Origin: Candidatus Bathyarchaeota archaeon
GTDB taxonomy: Archaea > Thermoproteota > Bathyarchaeia > Bathyarchaeales > Bathycorpusculaceae
Reading direction: 5' to 3'
Assembly (NCBI GenBank): GCA_963780185.1
Contig: CAWABA010000009.1
Span: forward strand, 1-64,000
Length of the DNA stretch: 64,000 nucleotides
Part shown: piece by piece, positions 11,382-21,649 of the stretch
How positions within the stretch are numbered: position 1 is the first letter of the stretch
How the letters are laid out: each line of letters starts with the position of its first letter
Program-made: the position numbers and the translations under genes
Notes under the pieces: generated by a model
What the model was told of the DNA's origin: nothing
The model's database searches: none
The model's input: only the letters and a program-made list of their open reading frames with translations

Positions 11382-11523
11382 TGCGTCCTTTAGTTGGCAC
11401 TGTCATGGCTGACTATACACATCGCCATTGGCGATAGCCCCTGGCTTTTTTCAAAACTGAAAGCCCATTAGGTTCTTTTGGTCAAGTATATACTTTTTTT
11501 CTTCAGAATTTAATAAATAGAAA

Positions 11524-12005
11524 TTATGTGTTTGAACGGTTTATTGCTGCCTCGCTAATTCCTTCTTGGGATATTGCGTTTCTGAGTTTTTTTAACAGTA
11601 ATAACAACTCAGTTGATTCTTGCGGTGTCAAAACACTGACTGATTTCTGGAGAAACTCTGAAATTTGCTCTCTTGTTTTTTCATAAAATTTCTTCCCTTC
11701 GGGGGTAAGTTGAATTTCTATTTTTCTTCGGTCTTTGCAGTCTTCCCGTTTCACTATCCTTTTTTTTCCATTCGGTCAATCAGGCTGGTTATAGTTGGTG
11801 AACTAACCATTAGCTCATGGCCAAGTTCATTCATTTGCATCGGTTTTTTTGAGATAATTTTAAGCACAGCCCATTGTTGATCAGTTATATTGTTCTGTTT
11901 TCCGATAACTTCTAGTAACACTTTGGAGAAAAATCTCTGGATATCTCTTATTTCAGCGACAATTTCCTCTTGCTGTGTTTTCTTTGCTTCTTCAGTTGCA
12001 TTCAT
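11524..12005 (-). CDS. MarR-family transcriptional regulator (frameshift near 11755)
   Basis: ITDQQWAVL..MNELGHELMVSSPTITSLIDRMEKKG joined to KREDCKDRRKIEIQLTPEGK; divergent from the MFS gene. Confidence 0.88.
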
Positions 12006-12121
12006 GTCATTTGCCCGAGCATTTAGCTATATTGATTATTAGTGTAACTAAGTATAAATACCTGTTTGATATTAGTTCGTGGCACTAATGGTTAGTCCAT
12101 CTAAGTGCATTGGTGAATAAA

Positions 12122-13828
12122 ATGGTACAATACAAATACATTGCACTAACAAACACATGCATGGCCACATTAATGGCTGCAATAGACATCAACATAGTGT
12201 TGATCGCTCTACCCGCAATCTTCAACGGTATAAAACTTGACCCTTTCTCATCCTTCCAATATCTACTTTGGATACTGTTTGGTTACAGTGTTGTAACTGC
12301 AACAATGCTAGTTTCTTTCGGCAGATTGTCTGATATTTTTGGCAGGGTAAAACTATACAACCTTGGCTTTGCCATATTCACCGCCGGGTCAATCCTGCTT
12401 TCACTAACCCCAAACACAGGCAACACAGGCGCCATGGAAATAATCATTTTCCGCGTGATTCAAGGAGTCGGAGGCGCATTCATCTTTTCCAACAGCGCCG
12501 CCATCATCACAGATGCTTTCCCAGAAAAAGAAAGAGGGCGAGCACTGGGAATAAACAATTTAATGTTCTTGATTGGTTCTATTGTCGGTTTAACATTAGG
12601 CGGAATTTTAGCAGTTTACAATTGGCGACTAGTCTTCTTGATCAGTGTCCCAGTAGGTGTTGTAGGCACAATATGGTCTTACTGGAAACTTAAGGAGCAG
12701 CACATTACACGCAAAAAGCACAAAATAGACCTATGGGGCAATGTTTCCTTCGCTACAGGCCTAATTTTGATACTAGTGGGCTTAACGTACGGCTTACAGC
12801 CTTATGGAAACTCAACGATGGGTTGGACAAGTCCATGGGTAATAACGTCAATGGCTGCAGGAGCGGCTATGCTGATAGCTTTTCCATTCATTGAATTACG
12901 TGTTGCTGAACCAATGTTCGATCTCAGACTATTTAGGAATCGACAGTTCGCAGCAGGAAACGCCGCAGCTTTTCTTAGCTCATTGGCAAGAGGCGGCGTG
13001 ATGGTAATGTTCATCGTGCTGTTGCAGGGTATTTGGCTTCCGTTACATGGCTACAGTATCGATTCGACACCATTTTGGGCTGGAATATTCATGCTTCCGC
13101 TGTCGATAGGTATGGCAATAGCTGGGCTAATTAGTGGTTCGTTATCAGACAAGCATGGTGCCAGAGTGTTGACTACAGTGGGCATGGTGATAGCAGGAAT
13201 AACTTTCCTATCTTTTACTTTCCTTTCCGCCGACTTTGCCTATTTGTCCTTCGCAGTCATATCGTTTGTTATTGGTGCTGGATTTGGTATCTTCTCCTCT
13301 CCAAATATTAATTCCATAATGTGCTCAGTTCCGCCTGAGCACAGAGGAGCCGCTTCAGGAATGCGTGCGGCATTAAATAATTGTGGGGGAATGATCAGCC
13401 AAATGCTTTTCTTCACCATAATCATAGTATCGTTAAATGCAACATTGCCTGGGGCACTTTCAGGTGCACTTCTTAGCACTGGTGCTTCAACACAAGTAGC
13501 CAATACATTCAGTAATATACCTGCAACAACCGCACTTTTCGCAGCTCTCTTAGGCTACAACCCAATCGCAACGATTCTTCATGGCATGGGATCCGCCGTT
13601 ACTTCAGCCTTATCCACGCATACACTTAGCACCATTACAGGTCCAACATTCTTTGCAAATGCTATAGCTAATCCATTCATGTCGGCGCTCAGAGAAGCCT
13701 TCGTAATCGGCGCTATACTCTGCTTTGTGGCAGCAATTCTTTCAGCATTAAAAGTCAAGAAAACCAGTGAGCCTCTTTGCACCACCAGGGATGTTACAGG
13801 CGGCAAAACCGTTCAAGGAGGTGAATAA
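12122..13828 (+). CDS. MFS efflux transporter, DHA2 (EmrB/QacA-like)
   Basis: About 14 TM segments, [13 protein letters not shown] motif [22 protein letters not shown]. Confidence 0.9.
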   Translation: MVQYKYIALTNTCMATLMAAIDINIVLIALPAIFNGIKLDPFSSFQYLLWILFGYSVVTATMLVSFGRLSDIFGRVKLYNLGFAIFTAGSILLSLTPNTGNTGAMEIIIFRVIQGVGGAFIFSNSAAIITDAFPEKERGRALGINNLMFLIGSIVGLTLGGILAVYNWRLVFLISVPVGVVGTIWSYWKLKEQHITRKKHKIDLWGNVSFATGLILILVGLTYGLQPYGNSTMGWTSPWVITSMAAGAAMLIAFPFIELRVAEPMFDLRLFRNRQFAAGNAAAFLSSLARGGVMVMFIVLLQGIWLPLHGYSIDSTPFWAGIFMLPLSIGMAIAGLISGSLSDKHGARVLTTVGMVIAGITFLSFTFLSADFAYLSFAVISFVIGAGFGIFSSPNINSIMCSVPPEHRGAASGMRAALNNCGGMISQMLFFTIIIVSLNATLPGALSGALLSTGASTQVANTFSNIPATTALFAALLGYNPIATILHGMGSAVTSALSTHTLSTITGPTFFANAIANPFMSALREAFVIGAILCFVAAILSALKVKKTSEPLCTTRDVTGGKTVQGGE

Positions 13829-13829
13829 A

Positions 13830-14489
13830 ATGGAGATTGTAAAAGGCGTTTATCAAGTTGAAGGCGTGAAAGGCAGCAACTCTTACCTTGTTGAGGACAT
13901 GGGCAAGCTTATCCTAATTGACACAGGGATGCCTGGAAACGACGAAAAAATAGCTACGGCAATCCAGAAACTCGGGTATAAGCTAACAGACGTATCCACC
14001 ATTGTACTGACCCACCGGCACGTAGACCATGTTGGAAGCCTTAAGAAAATGCAGGAAATTACAAACGCAAAAGTCGCAGTTCATGAATCCGACGCTGATT
14101 TCGTAGCCGGAAAGAAACCTCTGCCAAAATCAAATAACTTGATTATTAGACTTTTTCTCGCATTCGTCAAAGCTAAACCCGTTGACGTTGACTTGATGCT
14201 TAAAGACGGCGATAGAGTTGGAAGATTGACTATTATTCATACTCCTGGACATTCTGAAGGAAACATCGCATTATTGGACAGCGAACGAAAAGTCGTAATC
14301 GTTGGCGATACACTCGTTATTAAAAATGGCGCAATCAAGCACCCCTCACCCATCTTAGACTCGGCTAAAGAAAAGGCTTCCCTTGAAAAGTTGTCGACGT
14401 TCAATTTTGACATTATGCTCAGCGGGCATGGTGACCCTATAATGAGTGAAGCCTCAAGAAAACTGAAGGTCTTTTTGTTCCAATCATAA
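13830..14489 (+). CDS. MBL-fold metallo-hydrolase
   Basis: LIDTG, THRHVDHVG, TPGHS, GD and GHG motifs; GGAGGTGA RBS upstream. Confidence 0.9.
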   Translation: MEIVKGVYQVEGVKGSNSYLVEDMGKLILIDTGMPGNDEKIATAIQKLGYKLTDVSTIVLTHRHVDHVGSLKKMQEITNAKVAVHESDADFVAGKKPLPKSNNLIIRLFLAFVKAKPVDVDLMLKDGDRVGRLTIIHTPGHSEGNIALLDSERKVVIVGDTLVIKNGAIKHPSPILDSAKEKASLEKLSTFNFDIMLSGHGDPIMSEASRKLKVFLFQS

Positions 14490-14819
14490 CACGGAAAGTA
14501 GAAAACACGAGCAACACAAGTCAAAAGCACACTGAATTAGCCAATAAACTTGAAAGCACAACCTATAACAAAGATGCTACTTACATTGCCAACCCAACAA
14601 CAATTCATTTTTTTCAGTATTCTTACAAAATTTTTGCGTATTTTTGTTGAACAAACTTTATTAGCAATATTTTCCAGCAATTTTTTATTTAGCGATCGTT
14701 TGCTCAAGTTTTATGCGAAGCAGGGACATTATTGCCTTGGCGGTAGCTTTGTTGATTTAGTTTGGCATCTCACCTTTTTTTGGTGTATGCTCCCCAGTGC
14801 TTGGCATATTTGCCGTTAG

Positions 14820-14945
14820 TGGTGCCGGGGGTGGGACTTGAACCCACGAAGGCCTTAGCCAGAGGATCTTAAGTCCTCCTCCCTATCTTAGGTGTAAAAT
14901 TTCTTTATCTGGCCACCTATTTAGACCTGGCTCGGATACCCCGGC
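14820..14945 (-). tRNA. tRNA-Leu(TAA) with a 38-nt intron at a non-canonical position in the D-arm; CCA encoded
   Basis: Reverse complement GCCGGGGTATCCGAGCCAGGTCTAA[intron]GGAGGAGGACTTAAGATCCTCTGGCTAAGGCCTTCGTGGGTTCAAGTCCCACCCCCGGCACCA; long variable arm and BHB-like junction. Confidence 0.9.
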
Positions 14946-15303
14946 ACCAGCACCGATACAGTCAACACTGTCTTGTTTAAGTTTTATGCACGGGCAACCT
15001 GCTCCTCCACCACAAAAGCAGCGCCTTGCAGAACAAACAGCCATCCCAAAGCCGCGACCCGCAGAAACCTCAAAACCTTCATCTGCCAAATTGGAAAAGC
15101 AAACCTGAACCTGCCGCCGAGAAAACTACCGGGATGCGTTTAAGATATGGGGTATCATGCTATGTCGACAAGTTTCTATTGAGTAGTTGTTTACGTTGTG
15201 GTTAGAGGTTGCCATGTCTATTTCAACGTTGTAGGTTTGACCGCTGTCATGTCTTAGCGGAAACAAGGCCAAGGCTTAAAATCTAAACTATAGAAATAAA
15301 GCT

Positions 15304-15699
15304 GTGGACAGAACCAAGAAAATCAGAATTGTCTTCATAGTTCTTGGACTATTCATTGCTGTCACAGGATTATATCTTCAATTTATCTATTATCACTATA
15401 CAACTTATCTCAGCCTTATTCTCTTCGCAGGAGCAGGCATAGCAATTGCAGCTTACCGCTATAAAGAGGGAGACAAACTTTTTGGAGTAAAAAGAAAAGA
15501 ACCAAAGGTCAAAATATCCAGTTTCCGTGGAATTACGATTTTAACAGTTCTGGTTATTTTTTTCATAGGTTTAGCTTTTGGCTATATTGGAACTACTGAA
15601 CACAATACGGTAGCCGATGAAATATTTCTTATTTTTCTTTTCATGACAGTCATTTTAACAATTGTGCTACGATTCGTAAAGGCAGAGAAGAAAAATTAA
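15304..15699 (+). CDS. Hypothetical four-TM membrane protein
   Basis: Four hydrophobic segments, AT-rich, isolated between repeat copies. Confidence 0.65.
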   Translation: MDRTKKIRIVFIVLGLFIAVTGLYLQFIYYHYTTYLSLILFAGAGIAIAAYRYKEGDKLFGVKRKEPKVKISSFRGITILTVLVIFFIGLAFGYIGTTEHNTVADEIFLIFLFMTVILTIVLRFVKAEKKN

Positions 15700-16084
15700 G
15701 CCGCGGAGGCTTAAACCGATAAAGGTTTTCCATTCGTCTAAAAGGAAACAGGTCAAGCTAACTCTATTTTGTGCCATTAGCTAGACCAGTTAACTAGCAG
15801 AGTTTTCGCGTATATTGATTAACTTAACATTTCCAACATGAAAACGTACGTGAAAAAAGTACACGTTTTTCATTACATATGGGGCTTCTCCAGACTGCGA
15901 AAATGAGGAATGCCTTAAATCATTAAACTTAAATCGAGTTCCAAGGCAAATACCAAAAGAAATAGCAAAAGAAAACCTAATAGCAGAAAGTCAATTCTTG
16001 AATGCCGCCCAAGAAAAAAATCGTAACTCACAAAGCCTTCAAGCCTCACGCCAAACAAAACCGAGCTGCCGCCGAAAAAGCCCC

Positions 16085-16330
16085 CCGCCCATATCCGACA
16101 ATGCCGTCTATGTTGAGTCAACATGGCAAGTCGCATTCCGCCCATCCCAAAGTCGCATCCGTCAATACATCGCAAGCAGAAGACAAGCCCAAACCAAAAA
16201 AGCAACCCAAAACATCAAAACCCAAGGGGGAAAGTCGCAACTTTCACCAAAACAAAAGTCTCAACTTAAAAAATAAACGCAAATTTCCAAACCTCCAAAG
16301 CAACTAAAACTCAAACCAAACGAAAAAATC
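16085..16330 (+). repeat. Copy of a dispersed intergenic repeat (related to 35065-35340)
   Basis: Shares cgcccata..gacaatg, caacatgg, aagtcgca..cgcccatccc and aaagtcNcaactttcNccaaaacaaaagtcNcaac with 35065-35340. Confidence 0.7.
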
Positions 16331-16392
16331 GAAAATGTTTGTACAGGAGGGTGCCAACATAATGTTATATTTGGGGGATGAGTTTTTTTATT

Positions 16393-16525
16393 TGCCAGTT
16401 GAGGAACACGCTCTACTAAACATCAATTCGCTCCTGTAAAAGGTCGGTGTTGTCTTAGATAACGTCAAAGAAACATTGAAAGCGGAAGCGTATGGTGCAA
16501 AAGTGGGGTTTTGACTCAACTGGCA
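16393..16525 (+). ncRNA. Candidate structured ncRNA
   Basis: Perfect 11-bp closing stem TGCCAGTTGAG/CTCAACTGGCA, inner stems, a TATA-like TTATAT about 25 nt upstream and a T-run downstream. Confidence 0.4.
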
Positions 16526-16667
16526 CCTAACTACCTTTTTCAGACGCGAGTTTGCCTTTTAGCCGGGTTTGGGTTCATTTTGCGTGTTTTTTCATTTAAT
16601 GTTTAAATTTGGCTACGCTTATATGTGCCGACTGTTGTATGTTGTCTTACAAGGAGATGCACCAAAG

Positions 16668-16946
16668 ATGCCCGCTATAGAAGTTGGAAGAATATGCGTC
16701 AAGCAAGCCGGTCGAGAAAACGGCAAAAAATGCGTCGTTATCGATGTAATGGACAAAAGCTTCGTTCTAGTCACAGGACCAAAAAAGGTTACTGGCGTCA
16801 AGCGGCGACGCGTAAACATTAACCACGTTATGCCCCTGCAGGAAAAGGTTGAAGTTAAACGTGGCGCGTCAGACGACGAAGTTGCCCAGGTCTTAGAGGC
16901 AGCAGGAAAACTGCAAGAAATGACGCAGACCGTTAAGGCAGCATAG
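16668..16946 (+). CDS. rpl14e: 50S ribosomal protein L14e
   Basis: MPAIEVGRICVKQAGRENGKKCVVIDVMDKSFVLVTGPKKVTGVKRRRVNINH. Confidence 0.95.
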   Translation: MPAIEVGRICVKQAGRENGKKCVVIDVMDKSFVLVTGPKKVTGVKRRRVNINHVMPLQEKVEVKRGASDDEVAQVLEAAGKLQEMTQTVKAA

Positions 16947-17005
16947 TTTAAGCTTTAATATCTCTTGTTTCTTTTTCTTATCAACAGCTTAGGATTGAAT
17001 ACTTT

Positions 17006-18031
17006 ATGCCTAGAACAACGCCGCCGTGGGAAATTAAACGGGAACTGTTAACGAAGGCTCAGGACAGCACCAACCCGAAATACGGGCATTTGCCTTCTCA
17101 GAGACCAGCCGAAGAATACATCAAATACGGCACAATCAACCTTGACAAACCTGCGGGTCCCACAAGCCATGAGGTTGCAGCGTGGGTTAAAAGAATCATG
17201 AAACTAGGCAACATCGGACACGGAGGAACATTGGACCCCAAAGTCACCGGGGTTTTACCCATTACCTTGGAGGAGGCAACTAAGGTTGTTCAGGCTTTTC
17301 TCTACAGCGGCAAAGAATACGTGTGCGTGATGAAGCTGCATGGTAACGCGGAGGAAGCCGATATCAAACGGGTTTTGTCGGAGTTTGAAGATGAGATTTA
17401 TCAGCGTCCGCCCCTGCGGTCTTCCGTTAAACGGCAATTACGTACAAGACGCATCTACTACATTGATTACTTAGAGACTGACGCTCGCAACGTACTCTTC
17501 ATCGTAGGCTGCGAAGCAGGAACCTACATCCGCAAGCTATGCTTCGACATCGGAGAAATCCTCGGCGTCGGAGCACACATGCAGGAGCTACGCAGAACCC
17601 GTTCTGGACCATTCACGGAGAACAGCACTTCAAAAGTAACTTTGCACGACGTAGCCTACTGGTTTGGCGAGTGGGAAAGCAAGAAAGACGAAACGATTCT
17701 GCACAAGTTCATTGTTCCCATGGAGGAGGCACTTTCCCTGTTGCCTAAAGTTGTTGTCCGAGATTCAGCGGTAGATGCACTGTGTCACGGAGCCAACTTG
17801 ACTGCTCCCGGAGTGTTGCAGCTTGAAGCTGGAATCAAGAAGGGTTCGATTTTGGCGGTTTTCACTTTGAAGGGCGAAGCGGTGGCGTTAGGTAAGGCGC
17901 TTTTGCCAGCTGAAGAGATGATGGATTTGAAGCATGGCGCCGTCGTCGGGTTGGAACGTGTATTGATGGATCGGGGCACTTACCCGAAGGTTTGGAAGAC
18001 AGGGTCGAAGCATGAACCCGAAAAACCATAG
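17006..18031 (+). CDS. cbf5: H/ACA RNA-guided pseudouridine synthase Cbf5
   Basis: LDKPAGPTSHEV, GHGGTLDPKVTG, YQRPPLRSSVKR and a C-terminal PUA domain. Confidence 0.95.
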   Translation: MPRTTPPWEIKRELLTKAQDSTNPKYGHLPSQRPAEEYIKYGTINLDKPAGPTSHEVAAWVKRIMKLGNIGHGGTLDPKVTGVLPITLEEATKVVQAFLYSGKEYVCVMKLHGNAEEADIKRVLSEFEDEIYQRPPLRSSVKRQLRTRRIYYIDYLETDARNVLFIVGCEAGTYIRKLCFDIGEILGVGAHMQELRRTRSGPFTENSTSKVTLHDVAYWFGEWESKKDETILHKFIVPMEEALSLLPKVVVRDSAVDALCHGANLTAPGVLQLEAGIKKGSILAVFTLKGEAVALGKALLPAEEMMDLKHGAVVGLERVLMDRGTYPKVWKTGSKHEPEKP

Positions 18032-18635
18032 CACTGAGCATTACTTTTCCGGCGAACCCAAGTCCGAGGAACGCTTCGGACTTGTTCGAGCCTGCCTCTG
18101 CGGAAGAAACTTCGAATTCTTAACAGCTTCAAGCGTTTTTTCGAAGAAACGAATTGATTTGGGCACAAGACTTCTTATTGAATCAATGATGCTGCCGCAG
18201 GAAGGCTGCGTTCTTGACATCGGCTGCGGTTACGGTCCAGTCGGCATCGTCGCAGCAAAGCTCAACCCAAAACTACACGTGGTGATGACGGACGTGAACA
18301 TAAGGGCTGTGCGCTTAACAAGAAAAAACATAGAGTCAAACAAAGCTTGGAACGCCGAGGTGCGTCACGGACAATTCTATGCGCCCGTCAAAGGACAAGT
18401 TTTTAACTGCGTCTTGTCTAACCCGCCTGTAAGTGCAGGTATGGAGACGGTTAAAGCCATCGTGCAAGGTGCGTCTCAAGTGCTTGCGGATAGAGGAACT
18501 TTCCAGATGGTTATTCGTTCCAAAATCGGCTTGAAAACTTTGCCTGCTGCTTTTGAAGAGACTTTCGGAAACGTGAAGATTCTGGCGCGCGGAAGCGGTT
18601 TCCGAGTTCTTCTGGGGCAATGTAGATTGGTTTAG
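18012..18635 (+). CDS. Class I SAM-dependent methyltransferase, RsmC/MTS-like
   Basis: VFSKKRIDLGTRLLI, VLDIGCGYGPVG, SNPP. Confidence 0.88.
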   Translation: MNPKNHSTEHYFSGEPKSEERFGLVRACLCGRNFEFLTASSVFSKKRIDLGTRLLIESMMLPQEGCVLDIGCGYGPVGIVAAKLNPKLHVVMTDVNIRAVRLTRKNIESNKAWNAEVRHGQFYAPVKGQVFNCVLSNPPVSAGMETVKAIVQGASQVLADRGTFQMVIRSKIGLKTLPAAFEETFGNVKILARGSGFRVLLGQCRLV

Positions 18636-18762
18636 TTTGGTTTTGTGGTTTTGCGCCTGAATTTGCGGCTGACAAATGGATAACCTTTATCTGACATGAC
18701 CTTATATGGCAAGGTTCCAGAGTTAAATTTCGACAAATAAGTGGTTAAATGGTGACTTAAAG

Positions 18763-18978
18763 GTGTCAGATAGTAACAAGCGTGAACGCATAACTATTCG
18801 TCTTACGAAAAGGTACCTTGACCTGCTGAACATGTTAATTGAGAAAGGCGTCTACAACAGCCGCAACGAGGCTATCCGCGACGCTTTGCGAATCATGTAT
18901 GAATATCACGGGTTGAAGGTTTCGCCTGACAAGAAACATGCCTTTAACGCCAAAGAAGACGACTCCGCCAAAGAGTGA
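18763..18978 (+). CDS. Ribbon-helix-helix (CopG-like) regulator
   Basis: RITIRL..LNMLIEKGVYNSRNEAIRDALR. Confidence 0.85.
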   Translation: MSDSNKRERITIRLTKRYLDLLNMLIEKGVYNSRNEAIRDALRIMYEYHGLKVSPDKKHAFNAKEDDSAKE

Positions 18979-19080
18979 ACGTTGGCGCCGAAGTCCGTTA
19001 TTACGGATTTCGATATGTTCCCATTTTTGAAACTCCGCTTATATTATTACTCATGATTCAAATGTTGTGAGAGGGTTGAA

Positions 19081-19197
19081 ATGGGAGAAATTCAAGTTGA
19101 AGATTGTTGTGACCTCGGGGTAAAAGGCTCATGCGTAACCTGCGATTTTAGCACCTACTGCAATGGCAAATGGAGCCATGGAAAAGGCAAAAACTGA
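19081..19197 (+). CDS. Cys-rich microprotein (38 aa)
   Basis: MGEIQVEDCCDLGVKGSCVTCDFSTYCNGKWSHGKGKN; GAGGG and TTATAT upstream. Confidence 0.45.
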   Translation: MGEIQVEDCCDLGVKGSCVTCDFSTYCNGKWSHGKGKN

Positions 19198-19495
19198 ATG
19201 TCACAACCAACGAATTTTCCAACGCGGAATCCCGCAAAATCAAAAAGCAAAACTTAACTTTGGCAGTTTGTCTTTCTTGGATTTTATGGTTTGCAGGTCA
19301 ATATTGGTGTTTATGCACCTAAATATTTACCAACTTAAACACATAAGCTTATAAGTACCAATGCACTTAGTGTGCTTTGTGAATAAGTGAATCACAGCGA
19401 AAAACACATCGACAAACAAAAAATGGAAACCGACGCTTCACTTATTCTAAGAATCTATAACATATAAACCATCAAAGAAAGCAAGTGAATGACAA

Positions 19496-19639
19496 ATGGG
19501 CCGAATCAATGTTGACATCGCAGACGAACTCGAAAAGCAACTAAGAATAAAAACAGTAGAAAGATTCGGGGGCAAAAAAGGCGACTTATCCCGAGCTGTC
19601 CAAGAAGCAGTAAAAACATGGATCAACCAAAAAGAATAA
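19496..19639 (+). CDS. Small ribbon-helix-helix protein (47 aa, not in the ORF track)
   Basis: MGRINVDIADELEKQLRIKTVERFGGKKGDLSRAVQEAVKTWINQKE. Confidence 0.8.
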   Translation: MGRINVDIADELEKQLRIKTVERFGGKKGDLSRAVQEAVKTWINQKE

Positions 19640-19752
19640 AAAATGAAGTCGCCGCCTCCAAAAACCAATTAACTATGTTATAAGTATGCCTTGGTAATAG
19701 GCGCAGGGAAGCCAGTTAGCCTAAAATACACCCAACCACGCAGGGTGACATT

Positions 19753-20034
19753 ATGGGCAATCTAGCTGAAAGCCCCTTTTTAAAAATGGTCAATCACATT
19801 AACTCAGACAAAGACACGGGAAACCAGAAAAGTATAAGCGAATTCCGAGCAAACAAGAATTCAATTAACAAGGTGAAAATTATGGTTGACAAAAGATTGG
19901 AACTTGTGTTCATCGATAAGGACGGGCAATGGTATCCTTTAGACGAAGTTGATCGTGAAGACTTAGCGCAGGGTTTAGAAAAAATCTCCAAAGAAGTCGC
20001 CAAAAGACTACAATTGCTAAAAGAGCAAAGGTAG
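19753..20034 (+). CDS. Hypothetical protein (true start may be downstream, MVDKRL)
   Basis: Open frame with protein-like composition in the 3' half. Confidence 0.45.
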   Translation: MGNLAESPFLKMVNHINSDKDTGNQKSISEFRANKNSINKVKIMVDKRLELVFIDKDGQWYPLDEVDREDLAQGLEKISKEVAKRLQLLKEQR

Positions 20035-20114
20035 TCGATTCATTCCAGGGCACAAATTTAAGGTGTTTTGAAGTTTAAATATGACTTGACAGTAAAAGAT
20101 AGTGGAGATTGTTT

Positions 20115-20426
20115 ATGGGTAGTTTCTCTTTGTCTTTACCTGCAAATTGGGACGAGTATTTGAAGCGTTTAGCTGATGAACGCGATATTGACGTTGGCAA
20201 AGTCATCAGTGGATTATGCGAATGGGCATTTTCTGTCTCAGACAGCAAAAGGCAGTTTGAAGTTTGGTTGGACAAGGCTTACCCGCCAAAAGGTGAAGCC
20301 GAAGACAAAGCCGCCGCTGAAGGCGAAGAAGCAATCGAGGCTGAAGAAGAAAGCGAAGACGAAGCCGAAGAGGAAGTCCACGAAGACCGAGACTATAACG
20401 AAGACAGAGAATTAAAGCCCGAATAG
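20115..20426 (+). CDS. Hypothetical protein with RHH-like N-terminus and acidic tail
   Basis: SFSLSLPANWDEYLKRLADERDIDVGKVI followed by an E/D-rich C-terminus. Confidence 0.65.
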   Translation: MGSFSLSLPANWDEYLKRLADERDIDVGKVISGLCEWAFSVSDSKRQFEVWLDKAYPPKGEAEDKAAAEGEEAIEAEEESEDEAEEEVHEDRDYNEDRELKPE

Positions 20427-20812
20427 TTGAGGTGAAAAAGTATGAGTGAAAAAGAAAGTTTTGACAAAGAAACAAAACAACCCCCCTCTCACGAAAAAGA
20501 AGTGAAACGATACAGCAGCGAAAAGAACAAAAAAGTAAGCACGAAGCAAAATGAAAAGCCAACAGGCTCTCGTACCCCTCGCGGAAAAAAACAAAGACGC
20601 CAATTCAAGCTTGCCCCCAACAGAGGATAAGACGGATTTTACTCTAAATTTCCCCTTCAAATTTGAATTGCATTTTCCCTCAGAAGAAACTCTGGTACTT
20701 ACTATTCTGCAAATCAACCTCGCAGCGTACTCGGTTGTCGATGTAGCCTCCCAGTCACATAGCTATTTATCCATTCATCTGTTCATAACTGTTTGTTTAG
20801 GAATGAAGTTGG

Positions 20813-21229
20813 TTGAAAGTTATGGATGCTCCTGATGATATAGCGAAAATTCTTGGTCCAAACGAAAAGATTGAGTTATATATCAAGCAGAAAATCTACC
20901 ATCCTCAGATCAACATTGACTCTGTGGTTTTTACGAGCGAGCGTATGATTCTGCGGCATCCTCACGCGCTAGGTTTAAAGAAAGATTACACCGATTACAA
21001 TTACCGTGACATAGCAAATGTGGTGCTGGAAAAAGGGGTTCTGCGGTCAACTATCAAATGTACGCTCAGACTCGGTGGAGAGCCGCTAGCGTTGGGCGAC
21101 TTGCCTAACCCCGAAGCAGAAAAGGCCTACGGAATCATCAGAGAAAACATTGGCAAATTCCAAGCACCATTTTCAACCGGATATGCTGGCACCACTAATG
21201 CACCTAATTCTCCCACAGCTCCCAAATGA
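20813..21229 (+). CDS. Bacterial-type PH domain protein
   Basis: LGPNEKIE..SVVFTSERMIL..DYNYRDIANVVLEKGVLRSTI pattern. Confidence 0.75.
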   Translation: MKVMDAPDDIAKILGPNEKIELYIKQKIYHPQINIDSVVFTSERMILRHPHALGLKKDYTDYNYRDIANVVLEKGVLRSTIKCTLRLGGEPLALGDLPNPEAEKAYGIIRENIGKFQAPFSTGYAGTTNAPNSPTAPK

Positions 21230-21361
21230 TTGCTTCGGCTGCTTTGTAAAATTATTTGGGTTAACATAAATAATGTCTTAGCGATATGGTGCGAATTTTT
21301 GGGCTTAGCGATTAAAATGGTTATATAGCCACTTTTGCTTTAGCTTGGTAGGTTGAAAGTT

Positions 21362-21598
21362 ATGCCGAAATGCCCTAATTGTACAGCCCACATGAAAGAA
21401 CCTGACAAGGAATGGGACTTTGGCCAGTTCCACGTTAAATTGTACAAGTGCACCAAATGTGGGAACCAATTTAGAGAGTTTTTCAAGGAAAACACTTTGA
21501 AATTTGTTTTGAGCGCACACAACGGCAGTTTAGTAAAAACTAGGGCGACCAAAGAAACAATGGATAGGCATAAAACCTATGACGAAGAAAAGAGGTAA
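21362..21598 (+). CDS. Zn-finger protein with Cren7-like pattern
   Basis: CPNC..EPDKEW..VKLYKCTKCGNQFRE. Confidence 0.6.
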   Translation: MPKCPNCTAHMKEPDKEWDFGQFHVKLYKCTKCGNQFREFFKENTLKFVLSAHNGSLVKTRATKETMDRHKTYDEEKR

Positions 21599-21649
21599 AG
21601 CGTTTTTCTCTATGCATTATGAATTTCTTTCAGCCCTAAAATGGAGAAC

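Larger units (their letters stand above)
11300..14945. mobile_element. tRNA-Leu-integrated islet remnant (MarR, MFS, MBL hydrolase; no integrase)
   Basis: Bounded by the intact tRNA-Leu and a downstream direct repeat of its 3' part; cargo looks AT-richer than the core genes. Confidence 0.6.

Noticed and set aside
11300-11420. tRNA fragment as a trans-spliced split-tRNA half
   Set aside because: The T-loop and anticodon stem are mutated and an intact gene lies 3.4 kb away; a decayed duplicate fits better.
15915-16307. Overlapping K/Q/P-rich ORFs here and at 35032-35455 as real genes
   Set aside because: Several frames are open because of the A/C strand bias of the repeat; no consistent start or domain is seen.
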